A stretch of DNA of 41,129 nucleotides from Chloroflexota bacterium (GCA_035293685.1 DATGMJ010000130.1:1-41129), one strand, 5' to 3'. Shown: positions 28,553-37,943, counted from the stretch's first letter. The notes: generated by a model from the sequence alone, not told the origin. Made by a program: numbers and translations.

Positions 28553-29089
28553 ATGACGACGACTCCGCGCCCGGAGCGGCCGGCCGGAGATGACGGCTCG
28601 CTTCGCGTTCGACCGCTGACGCCGTCCGATCTGCCGTCCTTTCTCGATCTCATCACGGCGCTGGCTGAGTACGAGCATCTGCCGCCGCCGGATGCGGCCG
28701 CTCGGGAGCGGTTGATCCGTGATGCGCAGGCCAAGCCGCCGCGCTTCCACACTCTGGTTGCCGAGCGCCGCGGCCGACTGGTTGGCTACGCGGTGTTCTT
28801 CGCCACCTACTCCACCTTCCTGGCAAAGCCTACCCTGTATATCGAGGACCTCTTCGTTCTGCCGAGCGAACGCCGCACCGGAGTCGGGCGCGCGCTAGTG
28901 AGAGCGCTGGTGCGCGAAGCGATCCGGTGGGAGTGCGGACGCATTGAATGGCAGGTGCTGACCTGGAACGAACCGGCGATCGCGTTCTACGAGTCGCTCG
29001 GCGCACGCCGCTTGGATGAGTGGCGGACCTACCGCCTGACGGCCGATCAGTTCGCTCCCCTTGCCTTTCCGGTAGGGCTGACGAAGTGA
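28553..29089 (+). CDS. GNAT-family N-acetyltransferase
   Basis: 178 aa with an acetyl-CoA binding motif (RRTGVGRALVRAL). The start lies 1 nt after the ugd stop. Confidence 0.8.
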   Translation: MTTTPRPERPAGDDGSLRVRPLTPSDLPSFLDLITALAEYEHLPPPDAAARERLIRDAQAKPPRFHTLVAERRGRLVGYAVFFATYSTFLAKPTLYIEDLFVLPSERRTGVGRALVRALVREAIRWECGRIEWQVLTWNEPAIAFYESLGARRLDEWRTYRLTADQFAPLAFPVGLTK

Positions 29090-29151
29090 GGCGGCCCCGA
29101 CCGCCGGGGGCAATCTCGACTGAAGATCGTGCGGGCGGATGATCCTGCCGG

Positions 29152-29988
29152 TCAGGGGGGCGGGAAGAACGGGAAGAGCTGGCGCAGCTCGTCCTCGGAT
29201 GGCTGGGCGCCGTACTCGCAGATCTCAAAGGCCTCCGCGTACTGGATCTCCGCGGCGCGGCTCGCGCCATACCAGCGGGCCAGAACAGCGCGAAAGCGGT
29301 CAGCAACGCTGGCAAAGCGTGCGCGGTAGCGGTCGGCCAGCCAGGCTCGGCGTGCCGCGGGATCGGCTGGGACTGTCTCCAGCTGGCCGGCGTTGTATGG
29401 AAGCCACTCGTATACCTGGGAGACGTGGCAGTCCAGCGCAGCAAGCTTGCGATCAATCACCGGTCCCACGTCGACTGCGACGTCCGGGGTGAACGGATAG
29501 GGGTGGCGGAAGCGGTCACTGACGTATGCGATGACCGGATTCCGCGGGAGATGGTCGGTCAGGGCAACGATGTTGGGGACGGTGACCATGTAGGCAGCGT
29601 CCTGAACGAGGATCGCGGTATAGCGGTGATCTGGGTGGTAGTCATTCGGGCGCGGCGTCAGGATGAGGTCAGGCTGGAACTCGCGGATGATGCGGATAAC
29701 CTGCCGCCGATTGGGTAGAGAGGGTTCGAGCTCGCCGTCATGGTTGTCGAGCACCTGGTACTCGACGAGCCCGAGGACCCGGGCGACGGCCTGGGCTTCC
29801 GCGAAGCGGCGGCGGGCAAGCTCGACCCCGCCGATCTCGTGGTGGCCAGCATCCCCATTGGTCAGCGAAACGAACTTCACGCGGTGCCCGAGCTGGCTGT
29901 ACAGGGCGGCGACGCCGCCGGCTGAGAAGTCTGGATCGTCGGGATGCGCGCCGAAGACAAGGATATTGAGCGGACGCGGCTGGCTCAC
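29152..29988 (-). CDS. PIG-L / LmbE-family de-N-acetylase
   Basis: ILVFGAHPDDPDFSAGG...SLTNGDAGH...HPDHRY. GTG start with a GGGAGGGG SD. 278 aa. Confidence 0.85.
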   Translation of the reverse strand: MSQPRPLNILVFGAHPDDPDFSAGGVAALYSQLGHRVKFVSLTNGDAGHHEIGGVELARRRFAEAQAVARVLGLVEYQVLDNHDGELEPSLPNRRQVIRIIREFQPDLILTPRPNDYHPDHRYTAILVQDAAYMVTVPNIVALTDHLPRNPVIAYVSDRFRHPYPFTPDVAVDVGPVIDRKLAALDCHVSQVYEWLPYNAGQLETVPADPAARRAWLADRYRARFASVADRFRAVLARWYGASRAAEIQYAEAFEICEYGAQPSEDELRQLFPFFPPP

Positions 29989-30184
29989 GGGCCCCTCCCG
30001 GTGCGAGAAAGTGCATCGGTGGCATTCTAACAGTCGCTGTACGGCGTGCCAACGCCCTCCTCCCCGCGGCCTGTGTTACCATTGGATCGCTATCGCAAGA
30101 TGCCGAGGGCACCGCCGTGCAGCCGGCCGGTGCAGCGGGATGGGCCGGGGTGGTCAGTAGTCTATCGGGAAGGGGAGTGAAGGC

Positions 30185-31150
30185 ATGAATATCTGCCTGG
30201 TAGGATATGGATCTATCGCACGCGCCCACGTCCAGGCGCTGGCCGGGGAGAAGGATGTCGTCCTGCGGACGGTCATGGGACGTCTGGCCGAGCCAGCCGC
30301 TGAGTTCGCACGGGAGTTCGGCTTCCAGCGGTCTACGACAGACCTCGATGATGCACTCGATGACCCGGCGCTTGATGCGGTGATCATTGCTTCCCCAACC
30401 GATCTTCACGCCGCGCAGGCCGAACGCGCCCTTCAGGCTGGCAAGCACGTGCTGGTCGAGATTCCCCTCGCCACCAGTCTCGCCGAGGCCGATGCCCTCG
30501 ATGCGCTCGCGCGGGCGCATGGGCTCTGCCTGATGGTCTGCCACACTCAACGCTACTATCCGCCGCTCGTCGAAGCCCGCCGCTGGATTGCCGAGGGACG
30601 CCTCCAGGCGTACCACGTCCTGGCTCGCTATGCCTTCCTGCGGCGAGAGAACGTGAACTGGGCTGGCCGCCGTCGGAGCTGGACGGACAACCTCCTCTGG
30701 CACCACGGCTGTCACGCCGTGGATACGGTGCTCTGGCTTCTCGGCGTCCAGCAGGTCGCGGTCCAGAGCCAGGTGGCGCCGCCGAGCCATCACCTGAATA
30801 TCCCGATGGACCTGGACATCCTCATGCGAACACCCGCCGATCAGCTCATCGCGGTGAGCATGTCGTACCACGCGATGCTGAAATACAATGAATATCTGCT
30901 GATCGGTGAGGAGACAACGCTCCTGGCAACGGACAGCCGTCTGGTGGGGCCATCCGGCCCGATCCTGGAGGCAAGCACGTTCGCACCGGGCGATGGGCCT
31001 ATTGCCCGCCAGGATCGGGAATTCCTGGCAGCGATCCGCGAAGGGCGCGAGCCGGCCATCAGTGCACGATCGGTTCGGCCGGCGATGGCCGTGCTCCAGG
31101 CGGTGCAGGACCAGATCGGAGCGCAGTCGGATGCGCGTCCTCTGCATTGA
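30185..31150 (+). CDS. Gfo/Idh/MocA-family NAD(P)-dependent oxidoreductase
   Basis: MNICLVGYGSIARAHVQAL is a Rossmann N-terminus, and the EIPLA segment is also present. 321 aa. Confidence 0.8.
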   Translation: MNICLVGYGSIARAHVQALAGEKDVVLRTVMGRLAEPAAEFAREFGFQRSTTDLDDALDDPALDAVIIASPTDLHAAQAERALQAGKHVLVEIPLATSLAEADALDALARAHGLCLMVCHTQRYYPPLVEARRWIAEGRLQAYHVLARYAFLRRENVNWAGRRRSWTDNLLWHHGCHAVDTVLWLLGVQQVAVQSQVAPPSHHLNIPMDLDILMRTPADQLIAVSMSYHAMLKYNEYLLIGEETTLLATDSRLVGPSGPILEASTFAPGDGPIARQDREFLAAIREGREPAISARSVRPAMAVLQAVQDQIGAQSDARPLH

Positions 31151-32225
31151 TGTCGGCACCGGGACCCAGGATATCCTGCTCTTCGACAGCGAGCAGGAGC
31201 TGGAGAACTGCATTCAGCTTATTCTGCCGTCACCAACGCGGCTCGTCGCGGAGCAGGTCCGTCGGGCCACGGCCCGCGGACGATCGGTCCTGCTCGAGGG
31301 GCGGACGATGGGGGGAGGACCGTGCGCCTGGGCGGTGGAGGAGCACATTCGAAAGGGATTGACGGCTTACGCGACCCCCGATGCCGCGCGGACCTTCGAT
31401 GACGAGCTCCCGAAGGTCGAGCGGATGGGCGTTCGGATCGTGTCCGAGGATGAGGCGGCACGCCTGGTCGGGGTCGAGCGCATCGCCATGCACGATCTCG
31501 ATCTTCCGTCAATTACAGCAGTCCTCGAGCGCTTCGGCGTCGAGCCGCGCTTCGATGCGATCGCCGTGGCCGTCTTTGATCACGGCAACGCGCCGCCCGG
31601 CGTGAGCGACCGCGCGTTCCGCTTCGAGTACATCGCCGAGGTCGTCCGGACGAACGATCTGACCGCATTCGCGTACCTGCGGGAGGCGATTCCGGAGCGG
31701 CTCACGCGGATGCGGGCAGTGGCGGCAGACGCGCCGCCCGAGATCCCGGTCCTGGTGATGGATACTGGCCCGGCGGCGGTGGTCGGGGCGCTCGAGGATC
31801 TGCATCTGCGGCAGATCCCGCGGGCGCTGGTGGCGAATCTCGGCAACTTTCACACGCTAGCGTTTCACCTTGCCGAGGGACGGGTCGTTGGTCTATTCGA
31901 GCACCACACGGGCCTGCTATCGCGCGAGAAGCTCGAGGGGTATCTCGATCAGCTTGCCGCGGGCACGATCTCGAATGAAGTGGTCTTCGCGGATATGGGC
32001 CACGGCGCGCTGGTAATCGAGCCGGTGCACGAGCGCCCGACCTTCCTTGGCGTCACCGGGCCGCGCCGCGGTCTTCTCACCGGATCCCGCTATCATCCTT
32101 ACCTGGCCGTTCCGCACGGGCACATGATGCTGGCCGGCTGCTATGGCCTCCTGCGTGCCCTGGCGGCGCACCGCCCTGACCTGGCGCCGGCGATCGAAGC
32201 CCGCCTGGGCCCGCGCGCCTCCTGA
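31131..32225 (+). CDS. ASKHA-fold (DUF1786-like) protein
   Basis: MRVLCIDVGTGTQDILLFD is a phosphate-1-like DxGxGT motif. 364 aa. ATG 31131 overlaps the end of the upstream gene by 20 nt. The DUF1786 assignment is from memory of that family. Confidence 0.5.
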   Translation: MRVLCIDVGTGTQDILLFDSEQELENCIQLILPSPTRLVAEQVRRATARGRSVLLEGRTMGGGPCAWAVEEHIRKGLTAYATPDAARTFDDELPKVERMGVRIVSEDEAARLVGVERIAMHDLDLPSITAVLERFGVEPRFDAIAVAVFDHGNAPPGVSDRAFRFEYIAEVVRTNDLTAFAYLREAIPERLTRMRAVAADAPPEIPVLVMDTGPAAVVGALEDLHLRQIPRALVANLGNFHTLAFHLAEGRVVGLFEHHTGLLSREKLEGYLDQLAAGTISNEVVFADMGHGALVIEPVHERPTFLGVTGPRRGLLTGSRYHPYLAVPHGHMMLAGCYGLLRALAAHRPDLAPAIEARLGPRAS

Positions 32226-32259
32226 TCGCCTCTCTCGGGCCGGGCCTTCTCGCAATGGC

Positions 32260-34056
32260 TCAAATAGCGATCGGCACAACCCGATCGATCGCCATTGCGG
32301 CGAAGAGCAACGCCAGGTAGAGGTTCGAGTAGTTGAAGAGTTGCCGCGCGCGTGCGTTTGATCTCTCCCGCACTAGGCGGACGGCGTAGTAGATCAGCCC
32401 TCCACCAAGCGCGAGCGCCGACGGCAGGTAGATGAAGCCAAGCGTCCGGCTGCTGGCGGCGAGCATGGTCACCGCGACCAGCAGGATAGAGTACAGGAGA
32501 ATCTGCCGTCGGGTCTCGTCCTCTCCCACGACGAGCGGTAGCATTGGCACCCGGGCCTGCGCGTAATCCTGAGTGGTCAGGAGCGAGAGGGCCCAGAAGT
32601 GGGGCGGGGTCCAGAAGAAGATAACGGCGAACAGGTACAGCGGCAGAAGATCAATCCGGCCGGTCACCGCGGCCCAGCCGACGACCGGCGGGAGCGAGCC
32701 GGCCGCTCCCCCGATGACGATGTTCTGCGGGGTCGATCGCTTCAGAAGACGCGTATAGATCAGGACGTAGAACAGAAGACCGGCAAGGGCGAGGAGCGCG
32801 CTCAGCGTGTTGGTAAATGTATTCAGGACGATAAAGGAGAGCCCCCCGAGCAGCATTCCGAAGAGGAGGGCGTTCTCCGGGTCGATCCGCCCGCGAGGAA
32901 GCGCGCGCCGCCGGGTGCGCCGCATCAGGCTGTCGATATCGCGGTCGAGGTAGCAGTTGATGGCATTGGCGCCGCCCGCCGCCGCCGCTCCGCCTATGAG
33001 CGTAGCCAGGGCGATGCCCAGAGGCGGCAGTCCGCGTGCGGCCATAACCATGCCGCCAAGGGTCGTGATTAAGAGCTCCACGATGATCGCGGGCTTGGTG
33101 AGATTGACATAGGCGCGGGCCGCGTCGCGCCAGGACGATCGGGCCGGCACCGGGCTGCTCGCCTCGGCGGGAACCTGGTCGGCCCGGACCAGCGGGAAGC
33201 CTGCGAGCACGGCGAGAGCGATGAGATCGCCCCAGAACGCGGTGGTAACAGCCAGATGCAGAGGGATGAGGTAGAGTAGGCCCGGCCACCGGACGAGTCC
33301 CGCGCCGAGGGCGATCTGTATCAGCAGAAGTCCGAGTCCGCTGAAGGCTGTCTGATGTAGCGTGCGATCGCCTGGCCGCGTCCAGCGAGCCCGGAGTACC
33401 AGCGCGAGGAAGGAGAGGGTGACCAGTCCGGCCAGGATCCGGTGCGCAACGCTGGCGCTGGCCAGTCCATCAGACGGGATCTGGAAGCCGTTGCCACACA
33501 GGGGCCAGCTGGCGCAGGTCGTGCCGCCGGCAGTGACCAGTGCGCCTGCCAGCACCTCGCCCGCGGTTAGGGACGCAGTCACCAGAGCGAGGATGGTAAA
33601 GCCGTCGAAGGTGGGATGCCGACGCGGGTCGCCGACCCACCGGGCGCTCGCGGCGACGATCGTGACCGTTCCGAAGAGGATCAGCGCCATGACGAGGTGA
33701 GCGGTGACGATCGCGGGCGCCAGGGAAGAGGTCACGGTGAAAGCCCCCAGGGCGATCTGCACTGCCAGGAGCACGATCGCGATCAGCGATGGGATGAGGA
33801 GCCAGGGTTCCTGGCGGTGGCGGAGCCAGGCATACAGCGCGGTCAGGACGACCAGGGCGCTAACGATCGACGTCACGAGGCGGTGGGAGAAGTCGATCAG
33901 CGGCTCCGGAGCAAAGGGGGGAATGATCTGGCCCTGACAGGTGGGCCAGTCCGGACAGGCCGCGGCCGGTCCAACGACCCGGAGGATTGCACCTAGAACG
34001 ATCAAGAGGAAGGTCGCCAGGACAGTCGCTTGCGCGAGACGTTGGATCGGTCGCAT
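32260..34056 (-). CDS. ctaA-ctaB: Fused haem A synthase (CtaA/COX15, N-terminal) and protohaem IX farnesyltransferase (CtaB/COX10, C-terminal)
   Basis: A single 598-aa ORF. The N-terminal half has CtaA Cys pairs (CPDWPTC, CASWPLC) and conserved His-bearing helices. The C-terminal half is UbiA-type (YVNLTKPAII..., NCYLDRDID). Confidence 0.85.
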   Translation of the reverse strand: MRPIQRLAQATVLATFLLIVLGAILRVVGPAAACPDWPTCQGQIIPPFAPEPLIDFSHRLVTSIVSALVVLTALYAWLRHRQEPWLLIPSLIAIVLLAVQIALGAFTVTSSLAPAIVTAHLVMALILFGTVTIVAASARWVGDPRRHPTFDGFTILALVTASLTAGEVLAGALVTAGGTTCASWPLCGNGFQIPSDGLASASVAHRILAGLVTLSFLALVLRARWTRPGDRTLHQTAFSGLGLLLIQIALGAGLVRWPGLLYLIPLHLAVTTAFWGDLIALAVLAGFPLVRADQVPAEASSPVPARSSWRDAARAYVNLTKPAIIVELLITTLGGMVMAARGLPPLGIALATLIGGAAAAGGANAINCYLDRDIDSLMRRTRRRALPRGRIDPENALLFGMLLGGLSFIVLNTFTNTLSALLALAGLLFYVLIYTRLLKRSTPQNIVIGGAAGSLPPVVGWAAVTGRIDLLPLYLFAVIFFWTPPHFWALSLLTTQDYAQARVPMLPLVVGEDETRRQILLYSILLVAVTMLAASSRTLGFIYLPSALALGGGLIYYAVRLVRERSNARARQLFNYSNLYLALLFAAMAIDRVVPIAI

Positions 34057-34154
34057 CCTCTTTCACCATCCACGTTCCGCGCCCAGCGAGATTATGCCAT
34101 TCGCTCGCTGCCTCGTCAAACCGGTGCGGCAGCGAGCGCAGGCGCGGGGTGACC

Positions 34155-34183
34155 TTGACAACCAGCCGGGGTTTGCCTAATAT
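34155..34183 (+). promoter_or_regulatory. Near-consensus sigma-70 promoter for the oxidase operon
   Basis: TTGACA (34155-34160), a 17-nt spacer, then TAATAT (34178-34183). It lies about 125 nt upstream of the ctaC start. Confidence 0.6.
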
Positions 34184-34309
34184 AGAGCACGGCCCGCCCA
34201 GGCGCGGAGGACGCGGGAGCATTGGACTGCATCCACCGTAGATCACGGTGGGTAGCGATGCCATTTCACAATGGCGCACCGGTCGTCGCGCCGCTTGGGG
34301 AAGGAGCGC

Positions 34310-35335
34310 ATGGCTTCTCGGGTCCACCTTCTGCGAAGACGTCCCCTTGTCTGGATTCTGCTCGCTGGTCTCCTTGCTCTTCTGATCTCGGGATGCGGAA
34401 CTGGTCCACAGAGCGCGCTCGCGCCGGCCGGCCCGGTGGGGATGCGCGAAGCCGGGTTGTATAATCTCATCTTCTGGATGGCGGTGGTTGTCTTCGTCCT
34501 CGTCGAGGGGCTTCTTCTCTTTACAGCCCTGCGCTTCCGCCGCCGGACGAGTGACGGTATCCCGTCGCAGATTCACGGTAACACGCGGCTCGAGATTGTC
34601 TGGACGATCATTCCGGTGTTGATCCTGATCGTGATCGCTGTCCCCACGATCACGACTATCGCATCGGCCTCGACCATTCCTCAGGGGCCGGATGTGCTCA
34701 AGGTGACGGTCATCGGCCATCAGTGGTGGTGGGAGTTTCGCTACCCCGATCTGGGCATCGTCACGGCAGACGAGATGCATATCCCGGTGGGGACGAAGGT
34801 GGCGCTGACGGTCGAGTCGGCGGACGTTATCCATTCGTTCTGGGTGCCCCGCCTTGCAGGGAAGATCCAGGCGATCCCGCGGCGGCAGAACGAAATGTGG
34901 CTGCAGGGTGACGAGATCGGGGAGTTCTACGGGCAGTGCTATCAGCTCTGTGGAACCTCCCATGCGAATATGCGCTTCCGCGTCTTCGTGCAGTCAAAGG
35001 CGGATTTTGACGCCTGGGTGAAGGATCAGCAGGCTGTCCCGGCGCCGCCGACCGACCCGGAGGCGGCGAAGGGGGCGCAGATCTTCCAATCGAAGGCGTG
35101 CGTGGGCTGCCACACGATCGCCGGCACGAATGCCAAGGGCACGATTGGTCCGAACCTGACCCACTTCGGCAGTCGGACAACCATCGCCGGTGCCATGCTG
35201 GAGAAGACGGATGCGAATCTGGCGATGTGGCTGCACGATCCGCCCGGGGTCAAGCCCGGGAGCATCATGCCCAATCTGGGGCTGACCGATGACGAAATCA
35301 AGGCGCTGGTGGCCTACCTGGATAGTCTGAAGTAG
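34310..35335 (+). CDS. ctaC: Cytochrome c oxidase subunit II with C-terminal cytochrome c domain (caa3-type), probable lipoprotein
   Basis: Lipobox (LLISGCG), a CuA site (HSFWVP...CYQLCGTSHANM) and a C-terminal CVGCH haem c motif. The start is ATG 34310 (AAGGAG SD) or ATG 34271. Confidence 0.9.
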   Translation: MASRVHLLRRRPLVWILLAGLLALLISGCGTGPQSALAPAGPVGMREAGLYNLIFWMAVVVFVLVEGLLLFTALRFRRRTSDGIPSQIHGNTRLEIVWTIIPVLILIVIAVPTITTIASASTIPQGPDVLKVTVIGHQWWWEFRYPDLGIVTADEMHIPVGTKVALTVESADVIHSFWVPRLAGKIQAIPRRQNEMWLQGDEIGEFYGQCYQLCGTSHANMRFRVFVQSKADFDAWVKDQQAVPAPPTDPEAAKGAQIFQSKACVGCHTIAGTNAKGTIGPNLTHFGSRTTIAGAMLEKTDANLAMWLHDPPGVKPGSIMPNLGLTDDEIKALVAYLDSLK

Positions 35336-35370
35336 GCGCCGGGGTAGGTGCAGGAAGAGGAGGCAGAACG

Positions 35371-37308
35371 ATGGCTACCGCGGAGCATGCCGCGACGACT
35401 CACCAGCCGGATCGCCGGCGCTACGAGGGGATCTGGAGTTGGATCTTCACCGTCGATCACAAGAAGATCGGCGTCATGTACGGCGTCACGGCGGTCTGCT
35501 TCTTTCTCATCGGCGGGATCGAGGCGCTCCTGATCCGATCTCAGCTGATGTTCCCGAATGGGAAAGTGGTCTCACCGGATCAGTTCAACGAGCTGTTCAC
35601 AATGCATGGGACCACGATGATCTTCCTCGCCCTGATGCCGCTGAGCGTTGCGTTCTTCAACATCGTGGTGCCACTCCAGATCGGTGCACGGGATGTGGCC
35701 TTTCCGCGCCTGAATGCCTTCAGCTACTGGGTCTACCTCTTCGGTGGCCTGCTGCTCAACGCGAGCTATCTCTTTGGTGGGGCGCCGAACGCGGGGTGGT
35801 TCGGCTACGCCAATCTCACCGAAGTCCCATATAACCACTCATCTTACGGGATCGACTTCTGGATTCTGGGCCTTCAGATCCTGGGCGTGTCGTCTATGGC
35901 CGGCGCGTTCAATTTCCTGGTGACGATCATCAACGCGCGGGCTCCCGGCATGACGTTCATGCGCATGCCGCTCTTCACCTGGATGACCCTGGTCACCTCG
36001 TTCCTGCTCATCCTGGCCTTTCCGGTGATCACCGTCGCGTTGGTCGAGCTGATGTTCGACCGCCTCTTCGCAACCAACTTCTTCAACCCGGCGGCCGGGG
36101 CCGAGCCGATCCTCTGGCAGCATCTGTTCTGGCTGTTTGGGCATCCAGAGGTCTACATCCTGATCCTGCCTGCGATGGGCATTATCTCGGATGTCCTGCC
36201 CACGTTTGCCCGGAAGCCCCTCTTCGGCTATCCGGTCGTCGCCTACTCGGGCGTGGCTATCGCCTTCATGTCGTGGGGCGTGTGGGCGCACCACATGTTC
36301 TCGGCCGGGCTTGGGCCGGTGGCCAATGCGGTGTTTTCGGTGACGACGATGCTGATCGCGGTCCCCACGGGGATCAAGATCTTCAACTGGATCGGAACCC
36401 TGTGGGGCGGATCCATCAACTTTAAGACGCCGCTCCTCTTCGCACTGGGCTTCATTGCCATGTTCACAATCGGTGGCTTGAGCGGCGTGATGCTGGCCTC
36501 ACCCCCGGCGGACTGGCTGGAGAACGATACCTACTTCGTGGTGGCTCACATCCACTACGTGCTGTTCGGTGGGACGATCTTCGGACTGTTCGCAGGCATC
36601 TACTACTGGTTCCCGAAGGTGACCGGTCGGCTCCTCGATGAGCGGCTCGGGCAGATCCACTTCTGGCTGATGCTGATTGGCATGAACGTGACGTTTGCGG
36701 GCATGCACGTCCTCGGCATGGAAGGGATGCCGCGGCGGATCGCGACCTACCCGCCCGGGATGGGCTGGGACACCTGGAACTTCATTGCTACGATCGGGGC
36801 GTTCACGATCGCGGTCGGCATGCTGGTTTTCATCTATAACTTCTTCGCGAGTGTCCGCCACGGTCAGGTGGCTGGGCCGGATCCATGGGACGGTCGGACG
36901 CTGGAGTGGAGTATCCCCTCGCCGCCGCCGCCGTACAACTTCGCCCGGATCCCGATTGTGCGGGCGCGTGATCCATTCTGGGTTCAGAAGTACGGTGATG
37001 CGGGCCACGGCCACGGTCGGGTCGTGCCGATGCCGGTGGCTGGCGGAGCACACGATGCCGAGGAGGCACGGGCGGACGAGCACGGCGAGGGAATCCACAT
37101 GCCAGATCCCTCGTACTATCCGATCGTCGCAGCGCTCGGTCTGGCGGTCATGCTCGCGGGCGTGATCCTGACCAACCTGATCCTGGGGAATCCGCCAGGT
37201 ACCCAGCCGGCCTGGCCGCCTTCCTGGGTGGCGTTCGTCGGCCTGCTGGTGTTCCTGTACGGCATCTACGGATGGGCCCTGGAGCCCGTCAGCGGGCACT
37301 CGTCGTAA
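35371..37308 (+). CDS. ctaD: Cytochrome c oxidase subunit I (A-type)
   Basis: WLFGHPEVYILILP, HHMF and VVAHIHYV are present. 645 aa, including two extra C-terminal TM helices as in Bacillus-type CtaD. Confidence 0.96.
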   Translation: MATAEHAATTHQPDRRRYEGIWSWIFTVDHKKIGVMYGVTAVCFFLIGGIEALLIRSQLMFPNGKVVSPDQFNELFTMHGTTMIFLALMPLSVAFFNIVVPLQIGARDVAFPRLNAFSYWVYLFGGLLLNASYLFGGAPNAGWFGYANLTEVPYNHSSYGIDFWILGLQILGVSSMAGAFNFLVTIINARAPGMTFMRMPLFTWMTLVTSFLLILAFPVITVALVELMFDRLFATNFFNPAAGAEPILWQHLFWLFGHPEVYILILPAMGIISDVLPTFARKPLFGYPVVAYSGVAIAFMSWGVWAHHMFSAGLGPVANAVFSVTTMLIAVPTGIKIFNWIGTLWGGSINFKTPLLFALGFIAMFTIGGLSGVMLASPPADWLENDTYFVVAHIHYVLFGGTIFGLFAGIYYWFPKVTGRLLDERLGQIHFWLMLIGMNVTFAGMHVLGMEGMPRRIATYPPGMGWDTWNFIATIGAFTIAVGMLVFIYNFFASVRHGQVAGPDPWDGRTLEWSIPSPPPPYNFARIPIVRARDPFWVQKYGDAGHGHGRVVPMPVAGGAHDAEEARADEHGEGIHMPDPSYYPIVAALGLAVMLAGVILTNLILGNPPGTQPAWPPSWVAFVGLLVFLYGIYGWALEPVSGHSS

Positions 37309-37320
37309 GGGGGTAGCGAG

Positions 37321-37923
37321 GTGGCGGAAGCGTCGCTCGGCGGACATGCGGCTGCAGTCGAGACCACGACCGGTCTTGACCACCGCAAGATGGTGATGTG
37401 GGCATTCCTGGGCTCGGAATGCCTGTTCTTCGGATCGCTGATCTCGACCTACCTGGTCTACCGGAACCGGAGCCTGACCGGACCGTTCCCCCAGGATACC
37501 TTTGATATCCCTTATACCTCTGTCAGCTCCTTCGTCCTGCTGATGAGCAGTCTGACGATGGTGCTGGCGCTGGCGGCGATTCAGCGGGGCAATGTGCGCG
37601 GGATGCGAACGTGGCTCGTGGCCACCGGCCTGCTGGGAAGCGTGTTCCTGGGGGGGCAGGTCTACGAGTTCACCACGTTCATCGCGCATGGCCTTTCGCT
37701 GAGCCGGAATCTGTTCGGGACGACCTTCTTCGTGCTGACCGGCTTCCACGGCGCGCACGTGACGGTCGGCGTCGTCATCCTGTTCTCGCTTTTCCTGAAC
37801 TCGCTCCGGGGGAAGCTCACGCGCGAGAACAGCCTAGTCGTCGAGCTTGCCGGTCTCTACTGGCACTTCGTGGATGTGGTCTGGGTCGTGATCTTCACCG
37901 TGGTCTACCTTCTTCCGTATTGA
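37321..37923 (+). CDS. ctaE: Cytochrome c oxidase subunit III
   Basis: 200 aa with a GTG start. The sequence FFVLTGFHGAHVTVGV...YWHFVDVVWV is present. Confidence 0.9.
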   Translation: MAEASLGGHAAAVETTTGLDHRKMVMWAFLGSECLFFGSLISTYLVYRNRSLTGPFPQDTFDIPYTSVSSFVLLMSSLTMVLALAAIQRGNVRGMRTWLVATGLLGSVFLGGQVYEFTTFIAHGLSLSRNLFGTTFFVLTGFHGAHVTVGVVILFSLFLNSLRGKLTRENSLVVELAGLYWHFVDVVWVVIFTVVYLLPY

Positions 37924-37943
37924 GCCGCTCGGGGAGTGTGGTG

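Noticed and set aside
29738-31213. 491-aa minus-strand ORF covering the Gfo/Idh/MocA gene and the PIG-L 5' region
   Set aside because: It is Arg/Pro/His-rich with no motifs. It crosses a divergent promoter region and two well-supported genes.
36499-37758. 419-aa minus-strand ORF antisense to ctaD/ctaE, with similar cases at 33860-34963 and 16526-17374
   Set aside because: These are shadow ORFs opposite strongly conserved oxidase, cta or parA coding sequence, with extreme Arg/Pro content.
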